In this document: positions 1 to 13,092 of the stretch, piece by piece
Layout of the letters: the number at the start of each line of letters is the position of its first letter
Position numbering within the stretch: position 1 is the first letter of the stretch
Assembly (NCBI RefSeq): GCF_963921235.1
Contig: NC_086097.1
Location: 57,538,001-57,602,000, forward strand
Reading direction: 5' to 3'
DNA from: Mobula hypostoma
Taxonomy: Eukaryota
Length of the DNA stretch: 64,000 bases
Position numbers and translations under genes: made by a program
The notes under the pieces: model-generated
Told to the model about the DNA's origin: nothing
Seen by the model: only the letters and a program-made list of their open reading frames with translations
Database searches by the model: none

Positions 1-114
1 CATTGTAACTTTAAGCACATTTATTTTTTCACTATTCTTTTGAAGGGCTAATAATGTGAAATGTTAACTTTGTTCCTCTCTCTGTTGCGTCATTGCGCTC
101 TATTGCACTCTCTC

Positions 115-312
115 AGAGCGTCATAGGAAGTCATTCCTGCCTGTGGCCATCAAACTTTACAACTCCTCCCTTGGAGGGTCAGACACCCTGAGCCAATAGG
201 CTGGTCCTGGACTTATTTCCTGGCATAATTTACATATTACTATTTAATTATTTATGGTGCAACTGTAGCAAAAACCAATTTCCCCCGGGATCAATAAAGT
301 ATGACTATGACT
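115..312 (+). mobile_element. Rex1/Babar LINE 3' end
   Basis: Encodes RKSFLPVAIKLYNS, typical of the Rex ORF C-terminus; ends aatttcccccgggatcaataaagtatgactatgact. Confidence 0.7.
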
Positions 313-405
313 TTTGATGCTGCCTTTGTTCTAATTATAATTAAGTAAAAGAACTGAGTTTATTTCACGACTTCTATTTAATCCTACTTGTTTTTATGTA
401 TTTAG

Positions 406-596
406 GAATCTGAGATTGATACTGAGTATCAAGGATCACCCGAACGAGGGATAGAGTTAGAAGGCTTTGCTGAGTCCATCTCTGCTTTTAACAAGGGTCC
501 ATCGTTTCCTCCCTTTGTTCCTGCCGTTCAGCCAACTGTTGACATTGTTGGAGTAATAGAACGCAACATGTCCTTAGAAGATCAGTTGATCGAGAG
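406..596 (+). CDS. KIAA0586: TALPID3 internal coding exon (window exon 1)
   Basis: tttag|GAA acceptor, AG|gtagtt donor (phase 2). Translates ESEIDTEYQGSPERGIELEGFAESISAFNKGPSFPPFVPAVQPTVDIVGVIERNMSLEDQLIE, resembling recalled human TALPID3 [36 protein letters not shown]. Confidence 0.88.
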
Positions 597-1339
597 GTAG
601 TTAATATGCTTAAGATACTGAAATGTGAATTGTATATATTGATAATCTTAACTAAATTAGGGGATGCTGTGTAGAAAAGAATCTTAAATTGAAGTTCCAT
701 TTTATATTAACACATTGCTTGCTAACCCTTATTGGTGCACATTGTAATATCCAAACATATTCACTGACTCACTCACATGCTTCCATTGCTCAGTCCAATA
801 TATGTCAACTGCTTTCCTCCCACCACCCTCCCCATTCCTGAATCAAAGCTTGCTCCGTACCTTCCTCTACTCTCTGATCTTCTTCTGCCCTGCTACAGGG
901 AGAGGTCCCTCTTCCTCTCATGCACTGCCTTCCTTCAGCTGAAATCCACCCACATTCCGAGCCATCATCTGTCCTATTGTCCTTTGTTCCCAACTGCATC
1001 TTGAAAACATTCCCAACCCATTTTGGTTGTAGCCAACTTGTGGCCCAGAGCTTCCAATCCCAGCCAAACCTGCTTGCCTGCTGCATAGCTGGCTGGGTAC
1101 TCCTTGATGCTCCAGCTGTACACTTGATACCATTCCTGGCCACACTATGACTGCATTCTTGCCCATAGTCCTTCTGCATACTTCCCTCTGGACAGAGTCG
1201 CAATTCAACTTGTGATTCATGGCTCGAGCTACACAATTGTATCACAATCTTGGACATGCTTCAGCCCACAGCTCCCAGTTCCAACCACTCTCTAGCCACT
1301 GGTTCCATTTTCCATACCTGGCCCCAATCCTGACAATGC

Positions 1340-1742
1340 TCTTTCTCCGTACCTCATATGCATGTTGCCTCAGAAAAGCAGTAATCGTAATCAAAGACCC
1401 CACCCACTTTCTCTTTATCCTCTCTCCCATCAGACAGAAGATACAAAAGCCTGAAAGCACGTACCATCAGTCTCAGGAACAGGTTCTGCCCCGTTGCTAT
1501 CAGACTTATGAACTCTTGTGCTATAAAATGGACTTTTCAGAGTCTACCTCATTATGATTTGCACTTTATCATTTGTCTGCACTGCACTTTTCAGCAGCTT
1601 TTACACTTTATTCTGCATTGTTATTGTTTTACCTTATTCTAGCTTAATGCATTCTGTAATGGTTTGATCTGTATGAACAGTATGCAAGACAAGCTTTTCA
1701 CTGATTCTTGGTACAGCTGACAATAATAATCCAATACTAATA
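1340..1742 (+). mobile_element. Degenerate Rex1/Babar-like LINE 3' fragment
   Basis: CLRKAVIVIKDPTH motif, shared with the Rex copies at 5.0-5.7 kb and 25.4 kb, followed by a 3' UTR. Confidence 0.6.
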
Positions 1743-1904
1743 TGTGGATCCATTTCCAAGGCATTCGGTCCACACATGAGCTCCTCTTCTCTGTTTGTAT
1801 ATCTGACTCCTTTCCTGGCATCTGATCACCTGCCCACAGACTGCAGGGGAGCAGCAGTGAATGGCGATGGCTGTCAATGCCTATGCAGCTTAAAATGAAT
1901 AACA

Positions 1905-4065
1905 CTGATACATGCTTGGACACTGGGATGTTATGTCGTAACCGTACAAAACATTGGTGAGGCCACACCTGGAATATTGCATGTGGTTCTGGTTGCCATA
2001 ATAAAGAAAGGATGTGATTGAAGTAAAGTGAGTGCAGAAAAGTTTCACAAGGATGTTGCTAGAAGTGGAGGGTCTCAATTATAATGAGAGACTGGATATG
2101 CTGAGACCATTGTTCCTGGAAGAAAGCAGATGGAAGAATGATCTTGTAAAGGTTTAAAAAATCATGAGGGGTATAGGTAGTGAAACATTCATTTTGTTTT
2201 ACCTTGGAGAAGAGAATCTAAAGCTAGAGATAATAGGTTTAAGGTGAGAGAGGAAAGAGGGGACCTGAGAGGCTGATTCATCACAGTGAACCTGATGGTA
2301 CCCAGGGTACTTAAGGAGGTGGCTTTAGAAATCGTGGACGCATTAGTAATCATTTTCCAATGTTCTATAGATTCAGGATCAGTTCCTGTGGATTGGAGGG
2401 TGGCTAATGTTGTCCCTCTCTTCAAGAAGGGAGGAAGAGAGAAAACAGGGAATTATAGACCTGTTAGCCTGACATCGATGGTGGGAAAGATGCTGGAGTC
2501 AATTATAAAAGATGAAATTACGACACATCTGGATAGCAGTAACAGGATCGGTCTGAGTCAGCAAGGGTTTACGAAGGGGAAGTCGTGCTTGACTAATCTT
2601 CTGGAATTTTTTGAGGACGTAACTATGAAAATGGACAAGGGAGAGCCAGTGGATGTAGTGTACCTGGATTTTCAGAAAGCCTTTGATAAAGTCCCACATA
2701 GGAGATTAGTGGGCAAAATTAGGACACATGGTATTGAGGACAGAGTACTGACATGGATTGAAAATTGGCTGGCTGACAAAAAACAAAGAGTAGCGATTAA
2801 CGGGTCCCTTTCGGAATGGCAGGCGGTGACCAGTGGGGTACCGCAGGGTTCAGTGCTGGGACCGCAGCTGTTTACAATATATATTAATGATTTAGATGAG
2901 GGAATTAAAGGTAACATTAGCAAATTTGCCGATGACACAAAGCTGGGTGGCAGTGTGAAACGTGAGGAGGATGTTATGAGAATGCAGGGTGACTTGGACA
3001 GGCTGGGTGAGTGGGCAGGTGCATGGCTGATGCAGTTTAATGTGGATAAATGTGAGGTTATCCACTTTGGTGGTAAGAACAGGAAGGCAGATTGTTATCT
3101 AAATGGAGTCAAGTTAGGAAAAGGGGAAGTACAACGAGATCTAGGTGTTCTTGTACATCAGTCACTGAAAGCAAGCATGCAAGTACAGCAGGCAGTGAAG
3201 AAAGCTAATGGCATGCTGGCCTTCATAACAAGGGGAATTGAGCATAAGAGCAAAGAGGTCCTTCTGCAGCTGTACAGGGCCCTGGTGAGACCACACCTGG
3301 AGGTCTGTGTGCAGTCTTGGTCTCCAAATTTGAGGAATGACATTCTTGCTATTGAGGGAGTGCAGCGTAGGTTCACAAGGTTAATTCCCGGGATGGCGGG
3401 ACTGTCATATGTCGAAAGATTGGAGCGACTGGGCTTGTATACTCTGGAATTTAGAAGGCTGAGAGGGGATCTTATTGAAACATATAATATTATTAAGGGA
3501 CTGGACACGCTGGAGGCAGGAAGCATGTTCCCACTGATGGGTGAGTCCAGAACCAGAGGCCACAGTTTAAGAATAAGGGGTAGGCCATTTAGAACGGAGT
3601 TGAGGAAAAACTTTTTCACCCAGAGAGTAGTGGATATATGGAATGCTCTGCCCCAGAAGGCTGTGGAGGCCAAGTTTCTGGATGCTTTCAAGAAAGAGAT
3701 GGATAGAGCTCTTAAAGATAGCGGAATCAAAGGTTATGGGGATAAGGCAGGAACTGGATACTGATTGTGGATGATCAGCCATGATCACAGTGAATGGCGG
3801 TGCTGGCTCAAAGGGCCGAATGGTCTACTCCTGCATCTATTGTCTATTGTCTATTATCTATTGTCTATTGAATATATGGAACGAGCTTCCAGGGGAAATA
3901 GTAGAGGTGAGACCAATTACAATGTTTAAAAAACATTTGGATGTGTGTATCGATAGGAAAGCATTCGGATATGGCCAAATGCAGGCAAATGGGACTAACT
4001 CAAGTAGGCAGTGTTTGCAAAAAAGAGTTGAACCAAAAGGCCTATTTCCATGCTGTATAACTTTA
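1905..4065 (+). mobile_element. Old CR1 3' fragment, split by a younger CR1
   Basis: LYKTLVRPHLEYC-like sequence at 1940-1990; resumes at about 3871 (NIWNELPGEIVE...FKKHLD) after the young insertion. Confidence 0.75.
2291..3870 (+). mobile_element. Young 5'-truncated CR1 LINE (family A) with open RT domain
   Basis: Uninterrupted ORF to stop at 3764 with NYRPVSLTS, YLDFQKAFDKVPH, GVPQGSVLGP and FADDTKL; (TCTATTG)n tail at 3836-3870. Confidence 0.95.
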
Positions 4066-4150
4066 TGACCCTCTCTATGCACGTTGTAATACCTGCCTAC
4101 ACAATTATGCATTTTAATGTCATCAAATGTTGAAATTTTTATTCCATTAG

Positions 4151-4263
4151 AGTTGAACAAGAAGTCATGTCACGGCTTATGAGTAAGATGTGTCCTATAC
4201 AACCTAAGTCACAAGTTATTCAGTCTGAAAGTGAGGAGAGTATGCTGTCAGACTCAGATATTG
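4151..4263 (+). CDS. KIAA0586: TALPID3 coding exon (window exon 2)
   Basis: cattag|A acceptor, G|gtaagt donor; phase 2 to 1. Translates (R)VEQEVMSRLMSKMCPIQPKSQVIQSESEESMLSDSDI, matching TALPID3 VEQEIMSRI...SDI. Confidence 0.92.
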
Positions 4264-5009
4264 GTAAGTCTCACCTTACCATCAGTTTAAAATACTGTGT
4301 TAAATCATATTTACTCATACTTAATTAATGGTTTCTTCATTCCATTATCTATTACGGTGCTCATATTAGGATTTTGTAATTTATCTCTTATTCTCCATCT
4401 CTTTATTTTTCTCTGTTTGCTTTGCTGTTTCCATACAACAAATGGCTTTCCTTGTCTGGATGATGGACTTTAGTAGTGTATCTTTGAAGAACTGCCTCTG
4501 GCGAGTAAAAGGACCAGCTTCTGACCTTACATTTCCCCAGTGAAAATTCTTTGCTTTCCATTTTGTGACCAGTGGTGAGAATATGGGTAAATTTGCTAAA
4601 TACACCATGTGGAAGTCGCAAGTTCAAATTCACATTTTCTGCAACACAATTAGTCATATGCTGATACATATCCTGACAGCCTTGCACAGCGTTCATTGTT
4701 AAGTGTTATCAATTAATCCAAATGCTCTGAACATGATTTTGGACTTATTGGTAGCTTTTTGGATCAATATTTCTGGAAAAGAATCTTCCCTTGATAAATG
4801 TGACATATCCTCATGATGCTTCTGTGGTTTTATGAGAGCCGATATTTTGTTTTCCTTCCCCAAATGTTTAAACCGTCACCATTAACAAAAAAGGCACTTT
4901 CATGAAAAAAGAATTGTTATGTGTAAACTAGGCATTTTTCATTTCTCTTGGAGCTGAGTAATTAATATGTAATTTTGTCTGCCTGATGTCTAATGGCCAT
5001 TAAAGCTTT

Positions 5010-5720
5010 TCTGAGCAGATTTGGCATGTCAACAAATACACTCAAAAACTTCTATAGTTGTACTGGGGAGAGCATTCTGACAGGCTGCATCACTGTCTGG
5101 TATGGGGGGTCTACTGCACCGGAAGCTGCAGAGAGTTGTAAATGTAGTCAGCTCCATCTTAGGCACTAACTTACAAAGTATCCAGGATATCTTAGGGGAA
5201 CAGTGTCTCAGAAAGGCAGTGTCCGTTATTAAGGACCTCCAGCACCCAGGGCATGCCCTTTTAGACCATAAGACCATAAGACCATAAGACAAAGGAGCAG
5301 AAGTTGGCCATTCGGCCCATCGAGTCTGCTCCGCCATTTTATCATGAGCTGATCCATTCTCCCATTTAGTCCCACTCCCCCGCCTTCTCACCATAACCTT
5401 TTCTCACGGTTACCATCAGGTAGGAGGTACAGAAGCCTGAAGGCACATACTCAGCGATTCAGGAACAGATTCTTCCCCTCTGCCATTGATTCCTAAATGG
5501 ACATTGAAGCTTTGGACACCACCTCACTTTTTTTAATATACAGTATTTCTGTTTTCGCACTTTTTAAAAATCTAATTAATATACGTAATTGATTTACTTG
5601 TTTATTTATTGTTTTATTCATTTTTTTCTCTCTGCTAGATTATGTATTGCATTGAACTGCTGCTGTTAAGTTAACTAATTTCATGTCATATGCTGGTGAT
5701 AATAAACCTGATTCTGATTC
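5010..5720 (+). mobile_element. Rex1/Babar LINE 3' fragment
   Basis: ESILTGCITVWYG...RKLQRVV...CLRKAVSVIKD...SGRRYRSL motifs; tail aataaacctgattctgattc. Confidence 0.8.
5262..5396 (-). mobile_element. Short CR1 3' end nested in the Rex fragment
   Basis: (AGACCATA)n on the + strand is a (TATGGTCT)n tail on the - strand; flanked by a cctttt duplication. Confidence 0.75.
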
Positions 5721-5829
5721 CATTTGTAAAAGCAGAAAATATAATTTTCTGTAGTGTTCTGTACAAGTATTCTGTTCTGAGAAAAGTTTCCAGAGCTAAG
5801 ATGATGAGTGTTACTATTTGCTTCCACAG

Positions 5830-6017
5830 TAGTAAAGGCTGCTGGTGGAGGAGGCTTGCAGCTGTTTGTTGATGCAGGTGTTCCTGTAGACTCTCAAATG
5901 GTTCGACAGATTGTAGATGAAGCACTTGCTGAAACTATTGCTGTAATACTGGGACAGCACCAGAGTGAAAGAAAAGTACCGATACAGGAACTTACTCAAC
6001 GAAGAGCACCTTCACCG
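5830..6017 (+). CDS. KIAA0586: TALPID3 coding exon (window exon 3); tandem CAGTAG acceptor, alternative start at 5833
   Basis: Translates VKAAGGGGLQLFVDAGVPVDSQMVRQIVDEALAETIAVILG...RRAPSP, the hallmark TALPID3 LQLFVDAGVPV...EALAETIAVMLG block. Donor CCG|gtaaga, phase 0. Confidence 0.95.
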
Positions 6018-7997
6018 GTAAGAAGTTCTATTGTTGCACAAAACATTGAAAATCTGAAGACATTAATCTCAATAGAGTGTATAAGAATGCAATCTGATAT
6101 TGGGCCTGAAATCTGATCAAACATAAGCGGCTTAGTATGGAACTGGGGAGTGATATGATCGTGTCTTTTAGTTTCTTAGCTTGCATTGCGGTATGTGATG
6201 CACGTACATTTACACTTATTATTGCTGGAACTAAGCTGCAGCATCAGCAGTTGCATGTTTATTACTAAATCATGCCTAAAATTATGCTGGTGTTTCAAAA
6301 CAATTATCTACTCCCCCAAGCTATCTGGCTAGATTGATATAAAAAGTGAACATAATTCACATTAAAATCAATGCAGGACTTTGTATTCATGTTATATGTT
6401 ATATATCAATGAAAATACACCACTGAGCATTTTCTAATGCTTATTCCACTAGAAATACGTTTCAAGCTATCTAGATTAATTTGCCTAGAATCCTTTAAAG
6501 AAGAATGCATTAACCATTCTTATTAGAAAAATTCCTCAGGATAAAAATTCTACTCTACACTGTGTTTCTGAATCTTTCTATAATGGTCTCGGGGAGAAAA
6601 AGAGTTTAAGTATACCTACAAACATAAATAATTAGGAAGTATTAGAACAGATGGCCCCTTGAGCCAATTCTGCCATTCAATAAGATCATAGCTGATTCAA
6701 TTTTAACTTCAAACCTGCATTTTCAACTGCCCTCAGTAATCTTTCAGTACCTTCCTGATCAAAGATCTATTTATCTCTGCCTTAAAAGTATTCAGAGTAT
6801 TAGAAGTATTCTAATTCCACTGACATTTGAAGAAGATTTTTAAAGTCTCATGACCCTGAGAAAGAAAAATATATCATCTGATCTCTGTCTTAAATGGGTG
6901 ACCACTTATTTTTTTAAACAGTGACCTCTTTATTTTTGTAATACAGCCACAACAGCTATTTCCACACTTAGCATCTGCTGTCATTCCAATCTCAGCACAC
7001 TCCCTATGTGTACTAAAATTGACATGGGTCATTTGTAGAATTCAACTTAACCATATTATTGGAAGAAAATACTGCCATTCTTTGGGGCACTTTTTTAGCC
7101 CTTCTACACATGTTCACATCAGTAATATATTTTGGTGAATTGAATTAAAGCTTCCATCACGAGTTTATATTAACAGTCATCAGATTGTGCTGCATTTTGA
7201 TACTTGGGGTTGAAGGACTGTTCTTATAAATCACAGTGTATCTTCTTTTGCCTCTTTCCAGTCATCAGATTTTGAGATTTGGTGGGGATTATTTTTATAT
7301 ACACCTTATATGTGATTAGTGGAACTAGTCTCAGAATTGTATTATATTAAAGAATCTTTCTGTAAGGAAGCTAATTGACCTTCATATGGCACTTCTCTGA
7401 CAATCTAGCTTTGATAAAACACACGGCAGAGTGGAATTGTGAACTTATCATTCAAAACTACACACAAGATAACATAAAATTTAATTAATTCAGAATATAT
7501 TCACATTGTTTACTGGTGACATGTTAAAATTGCACAGACCATTGGATAGAATGTATTACGTAAATTTTGGAGTCAATTAAGATTTAGACAGGCAAATATT
7601 TAGTAGGACTCACTTTATATATCAATGGAATAATTAATTAAGAGTATTTTTTTACTACCATTCTGATATTTTTTCAAATAATATAAATCTGTGGTGTATA
7701 AAAAGAGAGAAAACTAGACTCTTACCAGGTTTTTTACTTCAAGTAAAGTGCAGGCAAATGCTTTTCTAACTAACTGCAAACAAAATCTGTTCATTTCTAA
7801 TTACTTCAGGCACATTTCCTTTCTTAGAATAGCAAATTGATGATAGAAAGCAGATGATTGGCCATAATAAACCTGAAATATTTTAGTCTTTTCCTTTATC
7901 AATTGATATCTTGGCCACGAGTGATGGAAAAATAAAGGTTTTAAAGTGCAAAATACAGAGTAGCATAAATATAATGTTCATATTTTGTGTTCAGCTT

Positions 7998-10900
7998 ATT
8001 TTTGATTAAACTATGGGTATTTTGATTAAACTATGGGTAACTATGGGTAAAGCGGCCAGTGCGTGAGTGGGCCAGTGAAGGAGTGGAGCTTTGGGGCTTT
8101 GACTCGAGAGGCTTTGACGAGAAGAGGCGGAGGACAAGCTAGCTCGCAGTTAGTTTTTACAATGTCTCCTGAGACGGTGATGTGGCTCTCATGTGAGATG
8201 TGGCAGTTTTGGGGGAGCTCCCCTCTCCCGCAGAGTCACATCTGCCAGAAGTGCATACGGCTGGGTGATCGGGAAGACCTTGTAAGGAATCTGGAGCAGC
8301 AGCTGGATGACCTTCGACTCATAAGGGAGAATGAGGCAGTCATAGATGAGAGCTACAGGGAGGTAGTCACACCTAGGCTGTCGGAAGCAGGTCATTGGGT
8401 GACATTCAGAGGGGGGAAAGCGAAGGTGAGCAGACAAGCAGTGCAGAGCACCGCTGTAGCCATTCCCCTGAATAATAAGTTTACCGTCTTGGATACTGTT
8501 GGCGGGGATGACTGACCAGGTGTGAGCCACGGTGGCAGGGCCTCCAGCACTGAGTCCGACCCTGTGGTGCAGAAGGGTGGGACAGAGAAGAGGAGAGCTG
8601 TCGTCATTGGAGACTCTATAGTCAGGGGAGCAGACAGGAGATTTTGTGGATGTGAGAAGGACACCCACATGGTTTGTTGCCTCCCGGGTGCCAGGGTCCG
8701 GGATGTCTCTGACTGGGTGCATGACATCCTGGTACGAGAGGGAAAGCAACCAGAAGTCGTGATACATGTTGGGACCAACGACATAGGCAGGAAGAGGGAT
8801 GAGGTCCTGAAGTGTGAGTTTCGGGAACTAGGCAGAAGGCTGAAGAACAGGAACTCAAGGGTGGCATTCTCAGGATTGCTGCCAGTGCTACGTGATAGTG
8901 ATGCTAAGAATTGGAGGAGATGGCAGTTGAATGCGTGGCTGAGGAGTTGGTGCAGGGAGCAGGATTTTAGATTTTTAGATCATTGGGATCTCTTCTGGGG
9001 AAGATGGGACCTGTACAGATTGGATGGGTTGCACCTGAACTCAAGGGGGAGCAATATCCTTGCAGGTAGGTTTGCTAGCATGGTTCGGGAGGGTTTAAAC
9101 TAATTTGTAAGGGGGATGGAACCCAGAGTGATAGAGCAGTGAAAGAAGTGCATGGAGTAAAGCCAGATCTAACATACAGAGAGGCTTTGAGGAAAGAGAA
9201 GCAGAATAAACGGTGTAAAGACAGTAAGGTAGAAGGGCTGAAATGTGTGTCCCTCAAGGCAGGAAGCATCAGGAACAAAGGTGATGAACGGAGAGCTTGG
9301 ATACATACATGGAATTATGATGTAGTGGCCATTACAGTGACTTGGCTGGCACCAGGGCAGGAATGGATTCTCAATATTCCTGGATTTCAGTGCTTTAAAA
9401 GGGATAGAGAGGGCGGAAAAAGGGGAGGAGGGGTGGCATTACTGGTCAGGGATACTATTACAGCTACAGAAAGGGTGGGTAATGTAGCAGGATCCTCTTT
9501 TGAGTCAATATGGGTGGAAGTCAGGAACAGGAAGAGAGCAGTTACTCTACTGGGGGTATTCTATAGGCCCGCGGTAGCAGCAGAGATACAGAGGAGCAGA
9601 TTGGGAGGCAGATTTTGGAAAGGTGCAAAAATAACAGGGTTGTTATCATGGGTGACTTTAACTTCCCTAATATTGATTGGCACCTGATTAGTTCCAAGGG
9701 TTTAGATGGGGCAGAGTTTATTAAGTGTGTCCAGGACCGATTCCTGTCACAGTATGTGGACAGACCGACCAGGGGGAATGCCATACTAGATCTAGTACTA
9801 GGTAATGAACTGGGTCAGGACACAGATCTCTCAGTGGGTGAGCAGCTGGGGGACAGTGACCACTGCTCCCTGGCCTTTAGCATTATCATGGAAAAGGACA
9901 GAATCAGAGAGGACAGGAAAATGTTTAATTGGGGAAAGGAAAATTATGAGGCTATAAGGCTAGAACTTTCGGGTGTGAATTGGGTTGATGTTTTTGCAGG
10001 GAAATGTACTATGGACATATGGTTGATGTTTAGAGATCTCTTGCAGGATGTTAGGGATAAATTTGTCCCGGTGAGCAAGATAAAGAATGGTAGGATGAAG
10101 GAACCATGGGTGACAAGTGAGGTGGAAAATCTAGTCAGGTGGAAGAAGGCAGCATACATGAGGATTAGGAAGCAAGGATCAGATGGGTCTATTGAGGAAT
10201 ATAGGGAAGCAAGAAAGGAGCTTAAGGGGCTGAGAAGAGCAAGAAGCGGGCATGAGAAGGCCTTGGCGAATAGGGTAAAGGAAAACCCCAAGGCATTCTT
10301 CAATTATGTGAAGAAAAAAAGGATGACAGGAGTGAAGGTAGGACCGATTAGAGAATACTAATGAATACTTCTCTTCGGTATTCACCAATGAGAGGGAACT
10401 TGATGATGGTGAGGACAATATGGGTGAGGTTGATGTTCTGGAGCATGTTGATATTAAGGGAGAGGAGGTGTTGGAGTTGTTAAAATACATTAGGACAGTT
10501 AAGTCCCTGGGGCCTGACGGAATATTTCCCAGGCTGCTCCACGAGATGAGAGAAGAGATTGCTGAGCTTCTGGCTAGGATCTTTATGTCCTCATTGTCCA
10601 CGGGAATGGTACCGGAGGATTGGAGGGAGGCGAATGTTGTCCCCTTGTTCAAAAAAAGGTAGTAGGGATAGTCCGGGTAATTATAGACCAGTAAGCCTTA
10701 CGTCTGTGGTGGGAAAGCTGTTGGAAAAGATTCTTAGAGATAGGATCTATAGGCATTTAGAGAATCATGGTCTGATCAGGGACAGTCAGCATGGCTTTGT
10801 GAAGGGCAGATCGTGTCTAACAAGCCTGATAGAGTTCTTTGAGGAGGTGACCAGGCATATAGATGAGGGTAGTGCAGTGGATGTGATCTATATGGATTTT

Positions 10901-12037
10901 AGTAAGGCATTTGACAAGGTTCCACATGGTAGGCTTATTCAGAAAGTTAGATCCAGGGAAGTTTGGCCAGGTGGATTCAGAATTGGCTTGCCTGCAGAAG
11001 GCAGAGGGTGGTTGTGGAGGGAGTACATTCAGACTGGAGGATTGTGACTAGAGGTGTCCTACAAGGATCTGTTCTGGGACCTCTACTTTTCGTGATTTTT
11101 ATTAACAACCTGGATGTGGGGGTAGAAGGGTGGGTTGGCAAGTTTGCAGACGACACGAAGGTTGGTGGTGTTTTAGACAGTGTAGAGGATTGTCAGAGAT
11201 TGCAGAGAGACATTGATAGGATGCAGAAGTGGGCTGAGAAGTGGCAGATGGCGTTCAACCCAGAGAAGTGTGAGGTGGTATACTTTGGAAGGACAAACTC
11301 CAAGGTAGAGTACAAAGTACATGGCAGGATACTTGCTAGTGTGGAGGAGCAGAGGGATCTTGGGGTACATGTCCACAGATCTCTGAAAGTTGCCTCACAG
11401 GTAGATAGGGTAGTTAAGAAAGCTTATGGGGTGTTAGCTTTCATAAGTCGAGGGATAGAGTTTAAGAGTCGCGATGTAATGATACAGCTCTATAAAACTC
11501 TGGTTAGGCCACACTTGGAGTACTGTGTCCAGTTCTGGTCACCTCACTATAGGAAGGATGTGGAAGCATTGGAAAGGGTACAGAGGAGATTTACCAGGAT
11601 GCTGCCCGGTTTAGAGAGTATGCATTATGATCAGAGATTAAGGGAGCTAGGGCTTTACTCTTTGGAGAGAAGGAGGATGAGAGGAGACATGATAGAGGTG
11701 TACAAGATAATAAGAGGAATAGATAGAGTGGATAGCCAGCGCCTCTTCCCCAGGGCACCACTGCTCAATACAAGAGGACATGGCTTTAAGGTAAGGGGTG
11801 GGAAGTTCAATGGGTATATTAGAGAAAGGTTTTTTACTCAGAGAGTGGTTGGTGCGTGGAATGCACTGCCTGAGTCAGTGGTGGAGGCAGATACACTAGT
11901 GAAGTTTAAGAGACTACTAGACAGGTATATGGAGGAATTTAAGTTGGGGGCTTATATGGGAGGCAGGGTTTGAGGGTCGGCACAACATTGTGGGCCGAAG
12001 GGCCTGTACTGTGCTGTACTATTCTATGTTCTATGTT
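7998..12037 (+). mobile_element. Near full-length CR1 LINE (family B): ORF1 (Zn finger, coiled coil, SGNH esterase) plus ORF2 (APE endonuclease, RT), disrupted
   Basis: ORF1 8162-9103 has CxxC, GDSIVRG, HVGTND and DGLHLN, with an in-frame TGA at 8513. ORF2 about 9140-11973 has MGDFNFP, LDLVL, SDH and FADDTK, with frameshifts or deletions near 9570, 10360, 10660 and 10950. (TTCTATG)n tail. Confidence 0.95.
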
Positions 12038-13092
12038 GTATTGTGTTTGAATGCTTAACGTTCAGGGCAATAAATTTGACATGATCCAATTTATAAATCT
12101 GGTGTAACTTTTTTTTTCCTTTGTAAATCAAAGATGTATTTATTTTTCTTTTTTTGCATAAACTCTTTGTTCTTTGTGAAATGATTTTAAATGATAGATA
12201 AAGCATCACAAAATATTTCAGAAGACCTCTGCTTGTTTGTCAATGGATAACCAAGTCCCCTGGTCTTATTCTAAGTCACGCAATCCTCTTCTTTGGTATG
12301 TGCAAGGTTATTTCATCTCATTCAGGGACTTCTGTCCCAGACTGGACTGGACTGAGCATCAGCGAGTACAGTAGTGCCTAGGACCTGGCTTAGATATACT
12401 GAGGGGGCAAGGTTGGGGAGAGTATTGCTGAATCCATGAGCCTTTTTTTTTACTTAATCATTTGTAAAATAAAATTATTCGAAGTGTTGAAAATAATCTA
12501 AAAAAATGAAATAAAAAACAGTGTTAATTGAAAGGATGTTAAATCCTTTATGATCAAAAAAGTATTGAAATAAAATAAAGGGGGGAAAAAGCATTTAGCT
12601 TCCCTACTGAAATGAAAAGTGTCTCAAATTCAACATTCTTAGCTGGAAATCTTGCCTCTGCCATTAGAAATCCTTCATTAGAACAAAGTGCCATATCCAG
12701 TGGTAACTCAATAAATCCTATCCTTAAGTTGGTCCATACAAGCACTTCAGACCTGTTGGCCCAATATTTTCTCAACAGTTCTCATTTACTGGATTTATGA
12801 TAGATTTACTGTCAAATCTTTTACGTCTTTTCTTTGCTACTGTGCTTCCACATGGTCATATTGTTGAGTTCCAAGAAAGAAGATTGATAAACTTATCAAA
12901 GAATTAAATTTCAAAAGTCCTGTTACAATTACTCAGAATGAGTTGTCAATATCTTAAAAATGGTTTCCCCAAACATTACCACTCTAAATTCAACTTATCT
13001 CTGAACTCAAATCCAAACACTTAAAGAAGTTAAAATCATCACCAAATGTTGATCTGTGTGTCTGGTTCATTAGAACTTTACTATTCTTACAG

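Noticed and set aside
777..1330. Overlapping ORFs on both strands
   Set aside because: No recognisable domain or splice context; probably decayed repeat sequence.
3158..3730. Repeated antisense ORFs (e.g. 3158-3730, 16920-17369, 2672-2938, 17713-17979)
   Set aside because: Shadow frames opposite CR1 ORF2, repeated only because the elements are recent copies.
5808..6116. Track ORFs at 5808, 13096, 24636 and 34962 as stand-alone genes
   Set aside because: They are TALPID3 exons plus intronic read-through; splice sites and phases join them into one frame.
8522..9103. SGNH/GDSL esterase ORF as a host or horizontally acquired gene
   Set aside because: It is the C-terminal part of CR1 ORF1, in frame with the upstream Zn-finger segment and directly followed by ORF2; esterase ORF1 is known in CR1 elements.
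7980..12060. TSD for the CR1-B element (tattttgtgttcagctta vs tattgtgtttgaatgctta)
   Set aside because: Too imperfect and AT-rich to distinguish from chance.
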